A program made the position numbers and the translations under genes. This document shows, piece after piece, positions 61,194 through 64,000 of a stretch of DNA of 64,000 nucleotides. The notes under the pieces were generated by a model. It saw only the letters and a program-made list of their open reading frames with translations. It was not told where the DNA came from and made no database searches. Origin of the DNA: an uncultured delta proteobacterium (GTDB lineage Bacteria; Myxococcota_A; Polyangia; Fen-1088); contig CAVYGB010000002.1 in the NCBI GenBank assembly GCA_963767925.1, positions 1,248,001 to 1,312,000 of the forward strand, in the 5' to 3' direction. Within the stretch, counting starts at the first letter, position 1. Every line of letters begins with the position of its first letter.

Positions 61194-61688
61194 TCAGGGA
61201 GCGGCCTGGGCGGAGGTACGGCGCTTCGGGAAGATCACCACGCGGCGGGCGGGGCCTTCGCCCTCCGACTCCGTCGTCACGGCCGGGTGGTCGGCGAGGG
61301 CCATGTGGACCACGCGGCGATCGTGCGGGCTCATCGGTTCCACGGGGACCGGCCGACCCGACCGCTGGGCCTTCTCTGCCAGCCGCTTCGCCAGATCGAT
61401 CAGCGAGTCCTCGCGGCGGCCACGGTAGCCCTCCGCATCTACGACAACCAGCGGGCGCTCGCCCGGCTGCTTGAAAACGATCCGGTTCACCAGGTACTGG
61501 AGCGCATCGAGGGTCGAGCCCTTCTTGCCGATCACCAGTCCCGACTCGGCGCCGTGCGCATCAAGAATGATGCGTTCGCCGTCGTCGAACGCGCTGACCT
61601 CCGCCTCCACGCCCATGCGCTCGAGAACGTTGCGCAGAACGTCAGCTGCCTTCTCTCGCAAGTTTGCCAATGCCGAGCTGTCGCTCAT
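61194..61688 (-). CDS. jag: Jag/EloR (KhpB) RNA-binding protein, KH plus R3H, lacking the Jag_N domain
   Basis: GLVIGKKGSTLDALQYLVN (KH), DAEGYR, PMSPHDRRVVHMAL (R3H), ESEGEG; GGAGG SD. Confidence 0.9.
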   Translation of the reverse strand: MSDSSALANLREKAADVLRNVLERMGVEAEVSAFDDGERIILDAHGAESGLVIGKKGSTLDALQYLVNRIVFKQPGERPLVVVDAEGYRGRREDSLIDLAKRLAEKAQRSGRPVPVEPMSPHDRRVVHMALADHPAVTTESEGEGPARRVVIFPKRRTSAQAAP

Positions 61689-61706
61689 GACGCCTCCAAG
61701 GCTTCT

Positions 61707-62276
61707 TCAGATCGTGAAAGTCGCTATCGGGGTCGGGAGCGCCGGTGGGGCCCCGCGCGCCGCAGACTCCGCCGCGGCTCCTGGCCTTGGCAGCGCTGGC
61801 TTCGCCTCAGAAGGTTGCTCTGGCGCTTCCCGTGTCACCGACGAAGTCGTGGTCGGCGTGTTCATTTCCCCCTCCCCTTTCCCCCCAGAGGTCGTCAGCT
61901 CTTCCGAAGAACGGACCTCCCCCCGAATCTTCTCTTCTGGCCGATTTGTTGGCCGAGCTTCAGGCCGGCGCTTCGGGGTGACCGCCCGTGCGGACGGATC
62001 CGAAGCGACCTTTACCTTCGTCCTGGCCGCTGTCTTATGCGCTGCCTTGACCGCCGGCTTGGAGGCAACCCTGGTCGCCGGCCCCTTGGCCGTCCCCTTG
62101 GTCGTCCCCTTGGTCTTGGGCGGCGCGGCCTTCGTCTCGGCCTTGACCCGAGGCGCGGCGGCGCGCGCCTTCCCGGAGCGCGGCGCCCGCTTGGCCTTCG
62201 TGCCCTTCGATGGAACGGCGGGGGGGCGTCCTCCTGCCCTCGCGCCAGCCGTTTTCTTCTTCTTCGACGCGGCCAT
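61707..62276 (-). CDS. Lys/Ala-rich histone-H1-like low-complexity protein
   Basis: MAASKKKK...KAETKAAPPKTKGTTKGTAKG...KPAVKAAHKTAARTK; plausible codon usage in the first half. Confidence 0.55.
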   Translation of the reverse strand: MAASKKKKTAGARAGGRPPAVPSKGTKAKRAPRSGKARAAAPRVKAETKAAPPKTKGTTKGTAKGPATRVASKPAVKAAHKTAARTKVKVASDPSARAVTPKRRPEARPTNRPEEKIRGEVRSSEELTTSGGKGEGEMNTPTTTSSVTREAPEQPSEAKPALPRPGAAAESAARGAPPALPTPIATFTI

Positions 62277-62425
62277 ACCCAAAAGTTCGCTCTCACCCTA
62301 CTGTCGCCGGAACCGCTGTGTCAACAGATACGGCTTGAATTCAAGGATCTTGCCGCTTAGCATCCGCCGTCGCTGAGTCGTCATTCCAAGAGCGGATTCC
62401 AGACCACGTTCCACCCAGGCCGACC

Positions 62426-63928
<1,503 letters not shown>

Positions 63929-64000
63929 CCGGGCCCGCCCGAACCGGGCGGAATAGTACGGCCCCGGCTTGATTTAGTACTCAGGCAAGCGCTATAGCCT

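Overview
High-GC bacterial DNA, almost certainly a myxobacterium (Myxococcota), judged from the Glt/Nfs-type gliding genes, the DUF4388 regulator and the ECF/caspase module. Two near-consensus parS sites plus rsmG and jag place the right end near oriC. About 14 genes carry small indels, most likely long-read assembly errors. Left to right: (1) a minus-strand cluster with a secreted protein, gltC-like/gltD/gltE/gltF/gltG, rmlBAC, a secreted helical protein, an outer-membrane beta-barrel and an OPX polysaccharide exporter; (2) rplU-rpmA-obgE and hisD; (3) a ~180-bp MITE/REPIN-like element in three copies, one with a 13 x 40-bp internal tandem expansion; (4) an AT-hook/Zn-finger protein, an orphan SctV/FlhA, an M16 protease and an MFS transporter; (5) a ~2.6-kb integrase-less island between perfect 72-bp direct repeats, encoding a secreted 12-Cys acidic peptide, two membrane-anchored proteins and a stand-alone LuxR regulator; (6) proB-ltaE-proA-cysG'-cobA-cysA-cysK with divergent lactonase-proC-DegT; (7) a lipoprotein/ECF/anti-sigma/caspase-beta-barrel/lipoprotein operon; (8) a degenerate hybrid kinase, a NarL-type regulator, mutM, rsmA, tsaD, a DUF4388 protein, rsmG, parS, bioF, bioD, jag and pepA. 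The best candidates for an undescribed system are the Cys-rich-peptide island, the exported-caspase ECF operon and the MITE-derived tandem array. All calls come from reading motifs by eye; no database searches were run.
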